Positions 17,511 to 25,819 of a stretch of DNA of 64,000 bases are shown here, piece after piece. This DNA comes from a virus (Duplodnaviria; Caudoviricetes). The stretch covers positions 1,181 to 65,180 of the IMG/VR virus record IMGVR_UViG_3300036985_001339, one strand, 5' to 3'. The stretch's first letter is position 1. Each line of letters begins with the position of its first letter. The notes under the pieces are model-generated. The model did not search any database, was not told the DNA's origin, and was given only the letters and a program-made list of their open reading frames with translations. Both the position numbers and the translations under genes were made by a program.

Positions 17511-17630
17511 AGCGGTCGCTTGACTCAGATAGTACAGCGACAATCATTGGAACCGCTGAAGTTCTCGAATGGTGGCGTAAGCTAAAGGGTAATCTTACAA
17601 CGGCGGAGTGCCTATTCCTTAATCTCCGCT
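17511..17630 (+). ncRNA. Structured intergenic RNA candidate
   Basis: GC-rich stems AGCGGT/ACCGCT, GTCGCT/AGCGAC, GTAAG/CTTAC and GGCGGAG/CTCCGCT. Confidence 0.4.
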
Positions 17631-17634
17631 AAAT

Positions 17635-17706
17635 GACCAAGTACTGGGTTTCAATGGCATGTTGCGACCGACGGGTTAAGAGGTTCGATTCCTCTTTTGG
17701 TTACTA
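17635..17706 (+). tRNA. Non-canonical tRNA-like element 1
   Basis: Acceptor GACCAAG/TTTGGTT and T-arm AGAGG-TTCGATT-CCTCT; no canonical D or anticodon arm. Confidence 0.5.
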
Positions 17707-17723
17707 ATATTAAATATATTACT

Positions 17724-17897
17724 ATGAAAACATTTGATGTAGAAATAAAAGAAATACTTGCTAGAACTATAACAGTTAAAGCAGAAGACGAAATAGACGC
17801 TCGATCATTAGTTGAAGAGATGTATCGTGGCGAAGAAATAATATTAGATTACAGTGATTTTGTATTAGTAGAATTTAACTCAACAGATTATGATTGA
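17724..17897 (+). CDS. DpnD/PcfM-like small protein
   Basis: F.VEI.E.L.R.I.V.AE....A...VE.MY..EEIILD..DF pattern; ATG at 17724. Confidence 0.65.
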   Translation: MKTFDVEIKEILARTITVKAEDEIDARSLVEEMYRGEEIILDYSDFVLVEFNSTDYD

Positions 17898-18012
17898 TAC
17901 TTGGAATAATCCTCCTGAAGAAATGGAAGACGAATGCGACTTCTGTGGTGAACCATGTGATGGTCACTTTTGTTCAACTGAATGTAGAAAAGCCCATGAG
18001 CAAGATAATTAA
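17890..18012 (+). CDS. 40-aa zinc-finger peptide (CxxCGEP...FCSxxC)
   Basis: Translated by hand. Confidence 0.6.
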   Translation: MIDTWNNPPEEMEDECDFCGEPCDGHFCSTECRKAHEQDN

Positions 18013-18018
18013 TATCTA

Positions 18019-18056
18019 CACGGACTTTATAATAATTTAGTCAGATAATATATGTG
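18019..18056 (+). promoter_or_regulatory. Class-1 promoter CACGGACTT-N15-AGATAATATATGTG
   Basis: 15-nt spacing. Confidence 0.75.
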
Positions 18057-18075
18057 AAACAAAAAATAAACGTGT

Positions 18076-18279
18076 ATGCAAGCTAAAATCAAAGTAAAAA
18101 ACGGGTACTGGACTTACAATGGTAAATCATTAGTCAACTGTACATTTCCAGAGAGACAAATAGTATCTCAGTTCATTAAAAACTCTATATTTAGTTTCGA
18201 AATAGATCCACAAATGGATGTTAGAGAGACTAACGATCTGTTAGAGCATAATTATAATTTCGAGTTTGTTAGACCTTAA
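18076..18279 (+). CDS. Hypothetical early protein
   Basis: Directly after a promoter. Confidence 0.7.
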   Translation: MQAKIKVKNGYWTYNGKSLVNCTFPERQIVSQFIKNSIFSFEIDPQMDVRETNDLLEHNYNFEFVRP

Positions 18280-18291
18280 ATAATTTAATAT

Positions 18292-18399
18292 ATGGAAAGT
18301 AATTGCTGTGGTGCTTGGACAAATATGGAAGAGTACGGAATTTGCCCAGAATGTTTAGAACATTGTGAATTTATTGATGAAGATGAAGATGAAGCGTAA
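18292..18399 (+). CDS. 35-aa Cys-rich acidic peptide (MESNCCGA...CPECLEHC)
   Basis: Translated by hand. Confidence 0.6.
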   Translation: MESNCCGAWTNMEEYGICPECLEHCEFIDEDEDEA

Positions 18400-18430
18400 G
18401 ACGCTTGCTATACACGCTTTTTAGCGTGGT

Positions 18431-18496
18431 CGGTTAAATCTGGCGATGGTTCAATAGCATAGGTTGAACTGAGAGTTCGATTCTCTCTTATCCACA
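18431..18496 (+). tRNA. Non-canonical tRNA-like element 2
   Basis: T-arm GAGAG-TTCGATT-CTCTC; 8-bp stem with a 7-nt loop containing CAT; imperfect acceptor; no D arm. Confidence 0.45.
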
Positions 18497-18544
18497 AAGT
18501 TATCATAGTGATAACCTTTATTAATCTCTTTAATCCCTTTAAGA

Positions 18545-19582
18545 ATGGCGACAGCTAAAAAAACAAAAGCAGTAGTTCCAGAAACAGTAGGAGTAGGTTC
18601 CGACTTTGTATTTATGGACAAATCACTCAGTATATTAGATATTGGGTTGAAGACAGGTAAAAATATTGTATTGTATGGTCCAGGTGGTCACGGTAAGTCA
18701 GAACTTACTATGGCTTATCTTGCTGAAAAAGGCATCGACCCTTACGTAATTACAATGGGTACTGGTATGACTACAGATAGACTATTTGGTGGTCTTGACA
18801 TACCTACATTTGAGAAAACAGGTAAAATTGAATACCTTGTTGAGAATTCGTTTATGAATAATGAGTATGTAGTATTCGAAGAATTATTCGATGCACCTGA
18901 TTTTATTCTTGAACAATTAAAAGATATTTTATCTTCTAAAGTATTTAGAAATGGTACGCAGATCTTTCCTATTAAAACTAAATTTATAATCTGTTGTACT
19001 AATAGAACTCGTGAAGAATTCTCTAAGAATGCATCGTTAAAAGCATTAATGGAACGTTTTCCACTTGAGTTAAATGTAGTATGGGATAATTATACTGAAG
19101 CTAGTTATAACAAGTTGTTAGAAGTTAAGTTCGGTCAAGGTAATGTAGATCCTATTATTCCTTATTTACTTCAAGAGTATCACCGTGGTGGTGTCACTAT
19201 TTCGCCAAGGGTGGCAGTGACAGCTTATACAGTATATGAAGAATGTGGTCCTGACTCGTTAAACTTCATTGCAGAATTTGCTAAAAAACCTGCATTAATC
19301 GCTGAAACTCTTAAAAAATACCAAAGTACTTTAAAATTCAGAAAATTATCTGACGATCTTGGTGAAGTTGTTAATAAATTACAAGCAAATAATTTAATAA
19401 CTACAGCAGAACAAGCAGAGTATACTAATGATATTAACGTGTTAGCTAATACAATTAGAGATATTAAAAAGTTAACGGTATCAGATGACCTTGCAACCAA
19501 TCACGCTTCGTTAATTAAAAGTGCGACTGAGTTATATACGACCTTATCTAAAAAGCAAACTGTATCATCTATAATGGAATAA
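18545..19582 (+). CDS. MoxR/RavA-like AAA+ ATPase
   Basis: Walker A GPGGHGKS, Walker B VVFEE, CTN sensor and ERF arginine finger. Confidence 0.85.
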   Translation: MATAKKTKAVVPETVGVGSDFVFMDKSLSILDIGLKTGKNIVLYGPGGHGKSELTMAYLAEKGIDPYVITMGTGMTTDRLFGGLDIPTFEKTGKIEYLVENSFMNNEYVVFEELFDAPDFILEQLKDILSSKVFRNGTQIFPIKTKFIICCTNRTREEFSKNASLKALMERFPLELNVVWDNYTEASYNKLLEVKFGQGNVDPIIPYLLQEYHRGGVTISPRVAVTAYTVYEECGPDSLNFIAEFAKKPALIAETLKKYQSTLKFRKLSDDLGEVVNKLQANNLITTAEQAEYTNDINVLANTIRDIKKLTVSDDLATNHASLIKSATELYTTLSKKQTVSSIME

Positions 19583-19585
19583 ATT

Positions 19586-21013
19586 ATGAGTAAGTATTCT
19601 AGTTACTGGGGTTCTGATGACGATTATACTTCAGAGTATGATACGTATGGAAATTATGGTTACGGTGGTAGAAATAGTAAAAAAGAAAGTAGATACAGTT
19701 CATACTCTTGGAAACCGAGTGTATGGACTAACTACTCTTGGGGTGGACTTGAAGAAGAAGATGATAATTCTAAATTATTCGTTAAAGATCCAGTTACTTA
19801 TTTAACTCCTACTAAAGCAGATATTAAAGCAAAGTCTAATGTATGGATTGATAAGTCAATAGATACTATTAAGGAATTAGCTCGTGTCTGTTATTTTAAA
19901 ATGATAGACGAGCGTGAGTATGTTAGTGAAATGTTTGCTGATTACGACTCTCTTTCTGAAGGTCAACAGTCAGACTACGAACAAAAGAAACAGTTGTATG
20001 ATGGTATCTTTGAACAATTCATTCCTGGTAATACTCCACTTGAACAAGCAATAGCTATTTATAGACAAATTGGCGGTAAAAGCGAATATAAAAGAAGAGA
20101 TCCAAGCGAACAAGATGAAGATGAAGATATGGACTATGATTCAACTCTTAGTTTTGATAGAGCAATTTATTCTGATCCTTCTATCAATGAACAACTTGAA
20201 TTTAACGAGTTAAGTAAAGATAGAAAAATGGATATTCTTGATAAAATATCTATTGTTAGTAGACTAGGTGATCAGTTCAAAGTTGAAAAAGAAGTTGATG
20301 AAAAACTTGTATCAAACTCTGATCAGTATGTTAAAAAGATCATGCGTGACTATGCTCAGTTTAGTCAAATAGAATTATATCAGAAAATGTTTCCAAACTT
20401 TCGAACTAAGTTCTTAACTAAAGATTTAACTGTTAACGTACCTGTCGACCGAAAGGAACATAAGCAAAAAATAATTATATTATTAGATTTTTCTGGTAGT
20501 ATGGACGAAGTTGAAAAGCAGATATGGGTGAATGCTATACTCATTGACCGTTTACGTTATGTCATGAAAGAAGAAGCTGAGGTATTCTTTAGTTACTTCG
20601 TACATAATCCTAAAAATCTACAATTCCATCATCTTAAAGATAGAAAAGATGTAATGGATTTCTGGACATGGTTTTCTAACGATCCTGACGGTGGAACAAC
20701 TGACATTGGCGCAATGGTTACATCTGTAGCTAATGATGTTGCTAATCATAAGTTAGGTAATCTAACTGTAGATTTATCAGTTGAAAAACCTGAAATACTC
20801 GTTATTAACGACGGTCAAGATAGAGTTGGTTATGATACTTTACCTTATAAAGTTAACGCCATATCTTTATTAGACTTCAGTGATGAGTTAAAAAATCTAT
20901 GTGTTAAAACAGGTGGTAAACAAGTTAGAGTTGGTTATGACCATTCTGTTACAGCGTATGCTGAAGAAGGTACAACCGTTATAGACGACGGTAAAAAAAC
21001 AAAGTCAGCTTAA
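19586..21013 (+). CDS. vWA-domain (ViaA-like) partner protein
   Basis: MIDAS DFSGSM, GGTTD and INDG. Confidence 0.85.
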   Translation: MSKYSSYWGSDDDYTSEYDTYGNYGYGGRNSKKESRYSSYSWKPSVWTNYSWGGLEEEDDNSKLFVKDPVTYLTPTKADIKAKSNVWIDKSIDTIKELARVCYFKMIDEREYVSEMFADYDSLSEGQQSDYEQKKQLYDGIFEQFIPGNTPLEQAIAIYRQIGGKSEYKRRDPSEQDEDEDMDYDSTLSFDRAIYSDPSINEQLEFNELSKDRKMDILDKISIVSRLGDQFKVEKEVDEKLVSNSDQYVKKIMRDYAQFSQIELYQKMFPNFRTKFLTKDLTVNVPVDRKEHKQKIIILLDFSGSMDEVEKQIWVNAILIDRLRYVMKEEAEVFFSYFVHNPKNLQFHHLKDRKDVMDFWTWFSNDPDGGTTDIGAMVTSVANDVANHKLGNLTVDLSVEKPEILVINDGQDRVGYDTLPYKVNAISLLDFSDELKNLCVKTGGKQVRVGYDHSVTAYAEEGTTVIDDGKKTKSA

Positions 21014-21021
21014 CAGTTTTT

Positions 21022-21052
21022 AAAGGGCCCACTGTGAAAGGTGGGTCTTTTT
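21022..21052 (+). terminator. Intrinsic terminator
   Basis: GGGCCCAC/GTGGGTCT stem plus T-run. Confidence 0.75.
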
Positions 21053-21066
21053 AATATTATAACTAT

Positions 21067-21285
21067 ATGAAAGACAGATATATAACAATGAGGAATAGTA
21101 ACACTTTAGACTTACAATTCCTATATGACTTCTTTTTATCTAAAGGTGGTAAGTTAAGTCCAAACGAATTTGGTGTTGGTTTGAATTACTTAAACGCTAT
21201 AGACTTATTAGAGTTTTTAGATAAAGAATTTGAACTAACAATTATAACAGACAAGCAAGGTAATTTTATAAAAGTTATATCATGA
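21067..21285 (+). CDS. Hypothetical protein
   Basis: Operon packing. Confidence 0.65.
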   Translation: MKDRYITMRNSNTLDLQFLYDFFLSKGGKLSPNEFGVGLNYLNAIDLLEFLDKEFELTIITDKQGNFIKVIS

Positions 21286-21581
21286 AAGACGAAGATATTA
21301 TTGGAAAAGAATTTATTGCTGTTGAATTTGGTAAAACTGGAGTATTAACTTGTAATGAGCAATATAAACCATTTCTTGGTAAAACAGGTACTGTAACTAA
21401 TGTACATCCAGATTTTACAGAATATGCTCGCGTGGAATTTAATATTCCTGGTTATATACACGCTTTACATTGGCCTGTTAAAGTTGTTAAAGAACAATTA
21501 CAGGAAAACTTATTTAAAGAAACTCCTGAATATACTGAATATTTATTTAAAGAAATACTTAATTTAACTAAAACAAAATAA
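21282..21581 (+). CDS. Hypothetical protein
   Basis: ATGA overlap. Confidence 0.65.
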   Translation: MKDEDIIGKEFIAVEFGKTGVLTCNEQYKPFLGKTGTVTNVHPDFTEYARVEFNIPGYIHALHWPVKVVKEQLQENLFKETPEYTEYLFKEILNLTKTK

Positions 21582-21583
21582 TT

Positions 21584-21937
21584 ATGGGATTAGACATGTA
21601 TCTTTATAGAAATAGAGATCAAAATGAAGAAGTTGGGTATTGGCGAAAAGCGAATGCTATACACGGGTGGATAGTCGAAAACGTACAAAACGGACAAGAT
21701 GACTGCGAAATATACGAATTTCCATTAGAAAAAATGCTTGAATTATATTTTTTATGTAAAAAAGTAATTAAAAATCCATTAAAATACCAAGTTAATTTAA
21801 AACCAATGAGTGGTTGTTTCTTTGGTAGTTATGACTATGACGTATATTACATAGAATATCTTAAAAATACTGTAAAAATACTTGAAAAAGCATTAAAACA
21901 ACCTCAAGACACTTATCAATATCAATCATCATGGTAG
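21584..21937 (+). CDS. Phage protein of the MGLDMYL...YWRKANAIHGW...Y.SSW type
   Basis: Recognisable widespread phage family of unknown function. Confidence 0.75.
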   Translation: MGLDMYLYRNRDQNEEVGYWRKANAIHGWIVENVQNGQDDCEIYEFPLEKMLELYFLCKKVIKNPLKYQVNLKPMSGCFFGSYDYDVYYIEYLKNTVKILEKALKQPQDTYQYQSSW

Positions 21938-22149
21938 ATAGTTTAATAAAAGAAAGAGCATCTGATAAAGCATTTGCAAGAATTAGTGTTTTAGAATCTG
22001 AAGTGTTTGCTCTTAATAGAGATGTTAATAATGGTGGTTCTGGTGGTATTACACTGGAACAGTTGTTAGGTGTAGTAGATCACACTGAAACAGAAAGACT
22101 TATCTGGATCTACATATCTAGTTTAATAGAAAAAGATAATAGATTATGA
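21931..22149 (+). CDS. Hypothetical protein
   Basis: Operon packing. Confidence 0.6.
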   Translation: MVDSLIKERASDKAFARISVLESEVFALNRDVNNGGSGGITLEQLLGVVDHTETERLIWIYISSLIEKDNRL

Positions 22150-22619
22150 AAGAATACATTAATAGATATAAAGACAAATTTACTTTTACAGAAAACGACG
22201 ACCATGACATACTATGGGAAGGTAACTTTGAGTGGTGTAGATTTGGTATGCCAAATGACTATACAGAAGCTTATAAAGTTTACTGTGAAGACATGGGTAA
22301 CTTATTGACAATGGAAGAATTTAAAACCGCTGTTCATAAGTATGACGATATTAAAGGTAAATATATTTTAAGTGATAAATATATACGTTTAGTTGGTTCT
22401 TTAAAAAACGAAATAGATATGGTTGATCCTTCTGGTGGACCTTATATATCTAGAGGCATGTCTCTGAGTTCATTTGGATTCAAAGATTACATTGTAAAAG
22501 ATTTTGAACGTATAGACACAGGTTATAAAATAATTACAGAGAAGTGTCCTATGTGCAATCAGGCGGGAGGAATACATAAAATGAGTTGTGAAACAAGAAA
22601 AATAACTATATTATTATGA
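22146..22619 (+). CDS. Hypothetical protein with C-terminal CxxC...H..SC
   Basis: ATGA overlaps; VDPSGGPYI motif. Confidence 0.7.
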   Translation: MKEYINRYKDKFTFTENDDHDILWEGNFEWCRFGMPNDYTEAYKVYCEDMGNLLTMEEFKTAVHKYDDIKGKYILSDKYIRLVGSLKNEIDMVDPSGGPYISRGMSLSSFGFKDYIVKDFERIDTGYKIITEKCPMCNQAGGIHKMSCETRKITILL

Positions 22620-22879
22620 CAAAAGAAGGAACAAAACAGATTTTACCCGAATGGTTTGACGGTGAAGTCTACACGGAAGGAGCAGAAGTTACCAATCCAT
22701 ACAGTGGATGTGGTTGTTATTTATCTCCAAAGGAGTTAAGTATGTATGACTTTATTAAAGGTTCAGAAATGTTACTTAATCAAGGTATACAGTCAGAAAG
22801 TTTGGTAAATGCCTTTTATGAAGGTTTATGGTGGTTTAAGGATAATAATATTGAAGCTTACATGATACTATTAGATTAA
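22616..22879 (+). CDS. Hypothetical protein
   Basis: ATGA overlap. Confidence 0.7.
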   Translation: MTKEGTKQILPEWFDGEVYTEGAEVTNPYSGCGCYLSPKELSMYDFIKGSEMLLNQGIQSESLVNAFYEGLWWFKDNNIEAYMILLD

Positions 22880-22882
22880 TAT

Positions 22883-22984
22883 ATGGTAAAAGACATTTTA
22901 AACAAGTTAAAGTATATTTTATTCTGTGTTATAGTTATAGGTTTGAGTTTAATTTTAAAAATGTGTGAAATGAAAAGATTATAA
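22883..22984 (+). CDS. 33-aa membrane peptide
   Basis: Translated by hand; fills the gap. Confidence 0.4.
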   Translation: MVKDILNKLKYILFCVIVIGLSLILKMCEMKRL

Positions 22985-22985
22985 C

Positions 22986-23147
22986 ATGAGTAGAACAGTT
23001 AAACAAGCATATAGAAAATCTAAAAGATTTGATAAGTCATGCAGAAACCATGGTGGTTGTTCTTACTGTCAAAGTAACAGATACCATTCACATAATAAAA
23101 GAAACGAAGAATCGTTACACGGACTTAAAATTCTAAATGATAGATAA
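22986..23147 (+). CDS. 53-aa basic peptide with SCRNHGGC..C motif
   Basis: Translated by hand. Confidence 0.6.
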   Translation: MSRTVKQAYRKSKRFDKSCRNHGGCSYCQSNRYHSHNKRNEESLHGLKILNDR

Positions 23148-23155
23148 TATTTAAA
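23118..23155 (+). promoter_or_regulatory. Class-1 promoter CACGGACTT-N15-AGATAATAT
   Basis: 15-nt spacing; upstream of the HTH/sigma operon. Confidence 0.65.
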
Positions 23156-23172
23156 ACAAAAACAATAAACGT

Positions 23173-23451
23173 ATGACTAAAAAAGAAATGGAAGAGTTAG
23201 CAAATTTAATAGTTAATAAAATTGTTGAAAAACAAAAAGAACTAGATAAAGAGTTTATCCAAGACTTAGAAGCAAGTAACGTACCGATAGAGGTTCATGA
23301 AAGAATAAGCGATAAAGATAAAATGGTAATGGAAGTTACAAGACTTATAGTTTTGTTAGATGTATTAGAAAAAGCTGAGAAATACGAACAGGCAGCTGTT
23401 TGTTCTGAAAGAATAGCTTTTTTAAAGTTGCAAATATCTAAAGCTTATTAA
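23173..23451 (+). CDS. Coiled protein with UVR-like C-terminal motif
   Basis: AEKYEQAA...RI. Confidence 0.65.
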   Translation: MTKKEMEELANLIVNKIVEKQKELDKEFIQDLEASNVPIEVHERISDKDKMVMEVTRLIVLLDVLEKAEKYEQAAVCSERIAFLKLQISKAY

Positions 23452-23538
23452 CATGGGAAAAAGTAAGGAATTATTTGAAAAAATAAGAAATGAAACAGAG
23501 AATGATGAAGATTATTTATATAATAATTATGTAGAAAC

Positions 23539-23584
23539 TGTGACAATAGGGTCTATATATAAAGAATAACAGACTAATGTCACA
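23539..23584. promoter_or_regulatory. Split inverted repeat TGTGACAATAG-N24-CTAATGTCACA over a start codon
   Basis: Same half-sites as 15704-15750. Confidence 0.5.
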
Positions 23585-24194
23585 CGATAGAAATATAAAG
23601 TATTTAACTGATAGACGTATAATATATAGAAGGTTTCCATTAGAAGATACACCAACACAGAGATTTGAGTGGGGTGACTATTATGAAGATGGAACCTTCG
23701 AGTGTTATGAGTTGTTTAGAAGTAAGGCCAAAATTAATACTTATAGAAGTCTAAAATGGCATTTGTTAGTTATATGGTATCTTAATCCTAAACTAGGTCA
23801 AGATAAATTAGAAACTTTATGTAAGTTTATTTGTGATAAGAAAAACAATTTTGTTACCTTTACCATATCAGATCAGTTAATGAAAACTATATTATATGAA
23901 GTAAGTATGAAAGATCTAGAATCTCCTCCTAAGAATAAAGTTAGGAAGATAATATTTAAAGACCAATGCCAATTAACGGCTGAACAGAAACTACAAATTG
24001 TAGGTCAAATTATCGGTCGTAAGAAATTATCTGAGTCAGAGATTTACGATGCTATGCTATACACTCATGATGATGGTGAAAAAATTACTGTTGAAAAAAT
24101 AGCAAGATATTTAGGTTGTTCTGCTAGAACTGTTTACAGAAATATGGGTGAAGAACTTAAAAGAGAAAAAGAATTATTAAACCAAGAATTATGA
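23577..24194 (+). CDS. DNA-binding protein with C-terminal HTH (regulator or replication initiator)
   Basis: ITVEKIARYLGCSARTVYRNM. Confidence 0.75.
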   Translation: MSHDRNIKYLTDRRIIYRRFPLEDTPTQRFEWGDYYEDGTFECYELFRSKAKINTYRSLKWHLLVIWYLNPKLGQDKLETLCKFICDKKNNFVTFTISDQLMKTILYEVSMKDLESPPKNKVRKIIFKDQCQLTAEQKLQIVGQIIGRKKLSESEIYDAMLYTHDDGEKITVEKIARYLGCSARTVYRNMGEELKREKELLNQEL

Positions 24195-24400
24195 GTAGAA
24201 ACAGAACTTTAAAAGAATCATTCATTAGAGACGCGATTAAAGGCACTATTAGAAATGATGTTGAAATTGCTGAAAAATTTGCTATTGGATTTTTAGATTG
24301 GATATACTATGATAAAAACAATTATGCAGAAGATTGGCATAATGGTTATTATTCAACTCCAAAACTATTAGAAATCTATAAAAAAGAAAAAGGATTATGA
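24191..24400 (+). CDS. Hypothetical protein
   Basis: FAI.F..W...LLEIYKKEKGL pattern. Confidence 0.65.
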   Translation: MSRNRTLKESFIRDAIKGTIRNDVEIAEKFAIGFLDWIYYDKNNYAEDWHNGYYSTPKLLEIYKKEKGL

Positions 24401-25188
24401 AAAAGTATAATTTACAAAATTATTTAAGGTATAAAGACGATGTCAAAAAAACCCTTAAAAGAATAGACAAAAAGAACTATAGTGATTATACTAGAGACGA
24501 ACTAATAGCCACATTTCTACCTTTAGTAGAGAATATATCTAAAAAGTTTTCTACAGCAGATCAAGCATCAGGTATAATGGATATAACTGATATAATTCAA
24601 GAAGGTAGTATAGGTTTAATATTTGCTGTTGATAAAATAGAATGGGAAACTATAAACTCTTCTAACAATCAAGAACAAACTATTAAATCTTTTCTATCAA
24701 AAAGAATTAAAGGTTCTATTAGAAGAGCTATTGATATTAATAGAGGTTCTATACGTATACCAGAACATAAGTTAAATGAGATGCGTAGAAATCCAGAGGA
24801 TAAACAAATGGTTGAAATGTTCTTTAATAGTATATTTCAAAGCATAGACAAAGACGATAGTTTATTTTACGAAGATAGTAACGGTGACGGCGGTGGTGGT
24901 GTAAGTTCTTATGCTGAACAGTATGAAGACAAGTCTAAAGAATATAATATAGATTTTCTTAATGCTTATCTGTTTGGTTTATTTAAAAAATATTTAACTC
25001 ATAATGAGTCTGAAGTATTAAGATTAAGTTATGGTTTAGATTGTGATAAACATTCTGCCAATGCTATTGCTGATTTTTTAGGATTTAAAGGTCCTAGTGC
25101 TTACGTCAGAGTTTCTGAGTTAAAAAAACTAGCAGTAACCAAGTTAATAGATAATGTAGATTCATCGCAAGTAATTGACTATCTGTAG
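24397..25188 (+). CDS. Sigma-70 family sigma factor
   Basis: Region 2 (LPLV..I.K, DIIQEGSIGL..AVDK), IRIP and region 4 (VLRLSYGL...RVS). Confidence 0.85.
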   Translation: MKKYNLQNYLRYKDDVKKTLKRIDKKNYSDYTRDELIATFLPLVENISKKFSTADQASGIMDITDIIQEGSIGLIFAVDKIEWETINSSNNQEQTIKSFLSKRIKGSIRRAIDINRGSIRIPEHKLNEMRRNPEDKQMVEMFFNSIFQSIDKDDSLFYEDSNGDGGGGVSSYAEQYEDKSKEYNIDFLNAYLFGLFKKYLTHNESEVLRLSYGLDCDKHSANAIADFLGFKGPSAYVRVSELKKLAVTKLIDNVDSSQVIDYL

Positions 25189-25195
25189 TTTAAAT

Positions 25196-25227
25196 GTAAA
25201 TTTATTAAAAAACATGTAATTATATAG
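25196..25227 (+). promoter_or_regulatory. Class-2 promoter GTAAA-N15-GTAATTATATAG
   Basis: Directly after the sigma gene; heads the recombination/replication operon. Confidence 0.65.
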
Positions 25228-25257
25228 ATATAAACATTAAACAATTAAATCAAATAT

Positions 25258-25818
25258 ATGGCAACAAATGTAAAAACTTTATCTGAGAAATTATCTGCAA
25301 TACAGGTAGAGTTTAAGTCTAATAAAAGCAGATACAATTCTTTTGGTAAATACAACTTTAGATCGGCAGAAGACATCCTAGAAGGTTTAAAACCTTTTAA
25401 TGTTAAATACGGCGTGTATTTTACAATAAGTGAAGATTATATTTATTCTCACGATTTACCTGTGATAATAAGTAAAGCTGCTATACACGATAATCTTACA
25501 AACGAGGTTATTGAGGTAAAAGCAATTGTCGGTGTTGATTTAGTTCAAAAAGGTATGCAGACACCACAAGCTTTTGGTTCTGCTAGTTCTTACGGTAAAA
25601 AATATGCTCTTGGTAATTTATTGCTGATTGATGATACCGCTGACGCAGACGCTTCAAATACACATGGTAAAACAGAAGTAGTAAAAACAAAACTAGATGT
25701 TAAAGACGCTGCTTTTTCAAAAGCTAAAACGTTTGTTGAGACAGGTGGATCTATAGATACTATAAAAGGTAAATATGAATTAACTAAAGAAGCAGAATTA
25801 ATTTTATCAAAACTATAA
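25258..25818 (+). CDS. ERF-family ssDNA annealing protein
   Basis: YN.FGKYNFRSAEDI and Q.FGSASSYGKKYAL..L..IDD..DAD. Confidence 0.85.
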   Translation: MATNVKTLSEKLSAIQVEFKSNKSRYNSFGKYNFRSAEDILEGLKPFNVKYGVYFTISEDYIYSHDLPVIISKAAIHDNLTNEVIEVKAIVGVDLVQKGMQTPQAFGSASSYGKKYALGNLLLIDDTADADASNTHGKTEVVKTKLDVKDAAFSKAKTFVETGGSIDTIKGKYELTKEAELILSKL

Positions 25819-25819
25819 T

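Noticed and set aside
17635-17706. tmRNA
   Set aside because: No G3-U70 pair or tag reading frame, and the element is far too short
13500-18060. CRISPR array, integron or shufflon reading of the early repeats
   Set aside because: The repeats are bipartite with variable middles, are separated by ORFs hundreds of nt long, and no Cas, integrase or invertase gene is present
18488-18496. Perfect DnaA box TTATCCACA
   Set aside because: Isolated here and explained as the 3' strand of tRNA-like element 2
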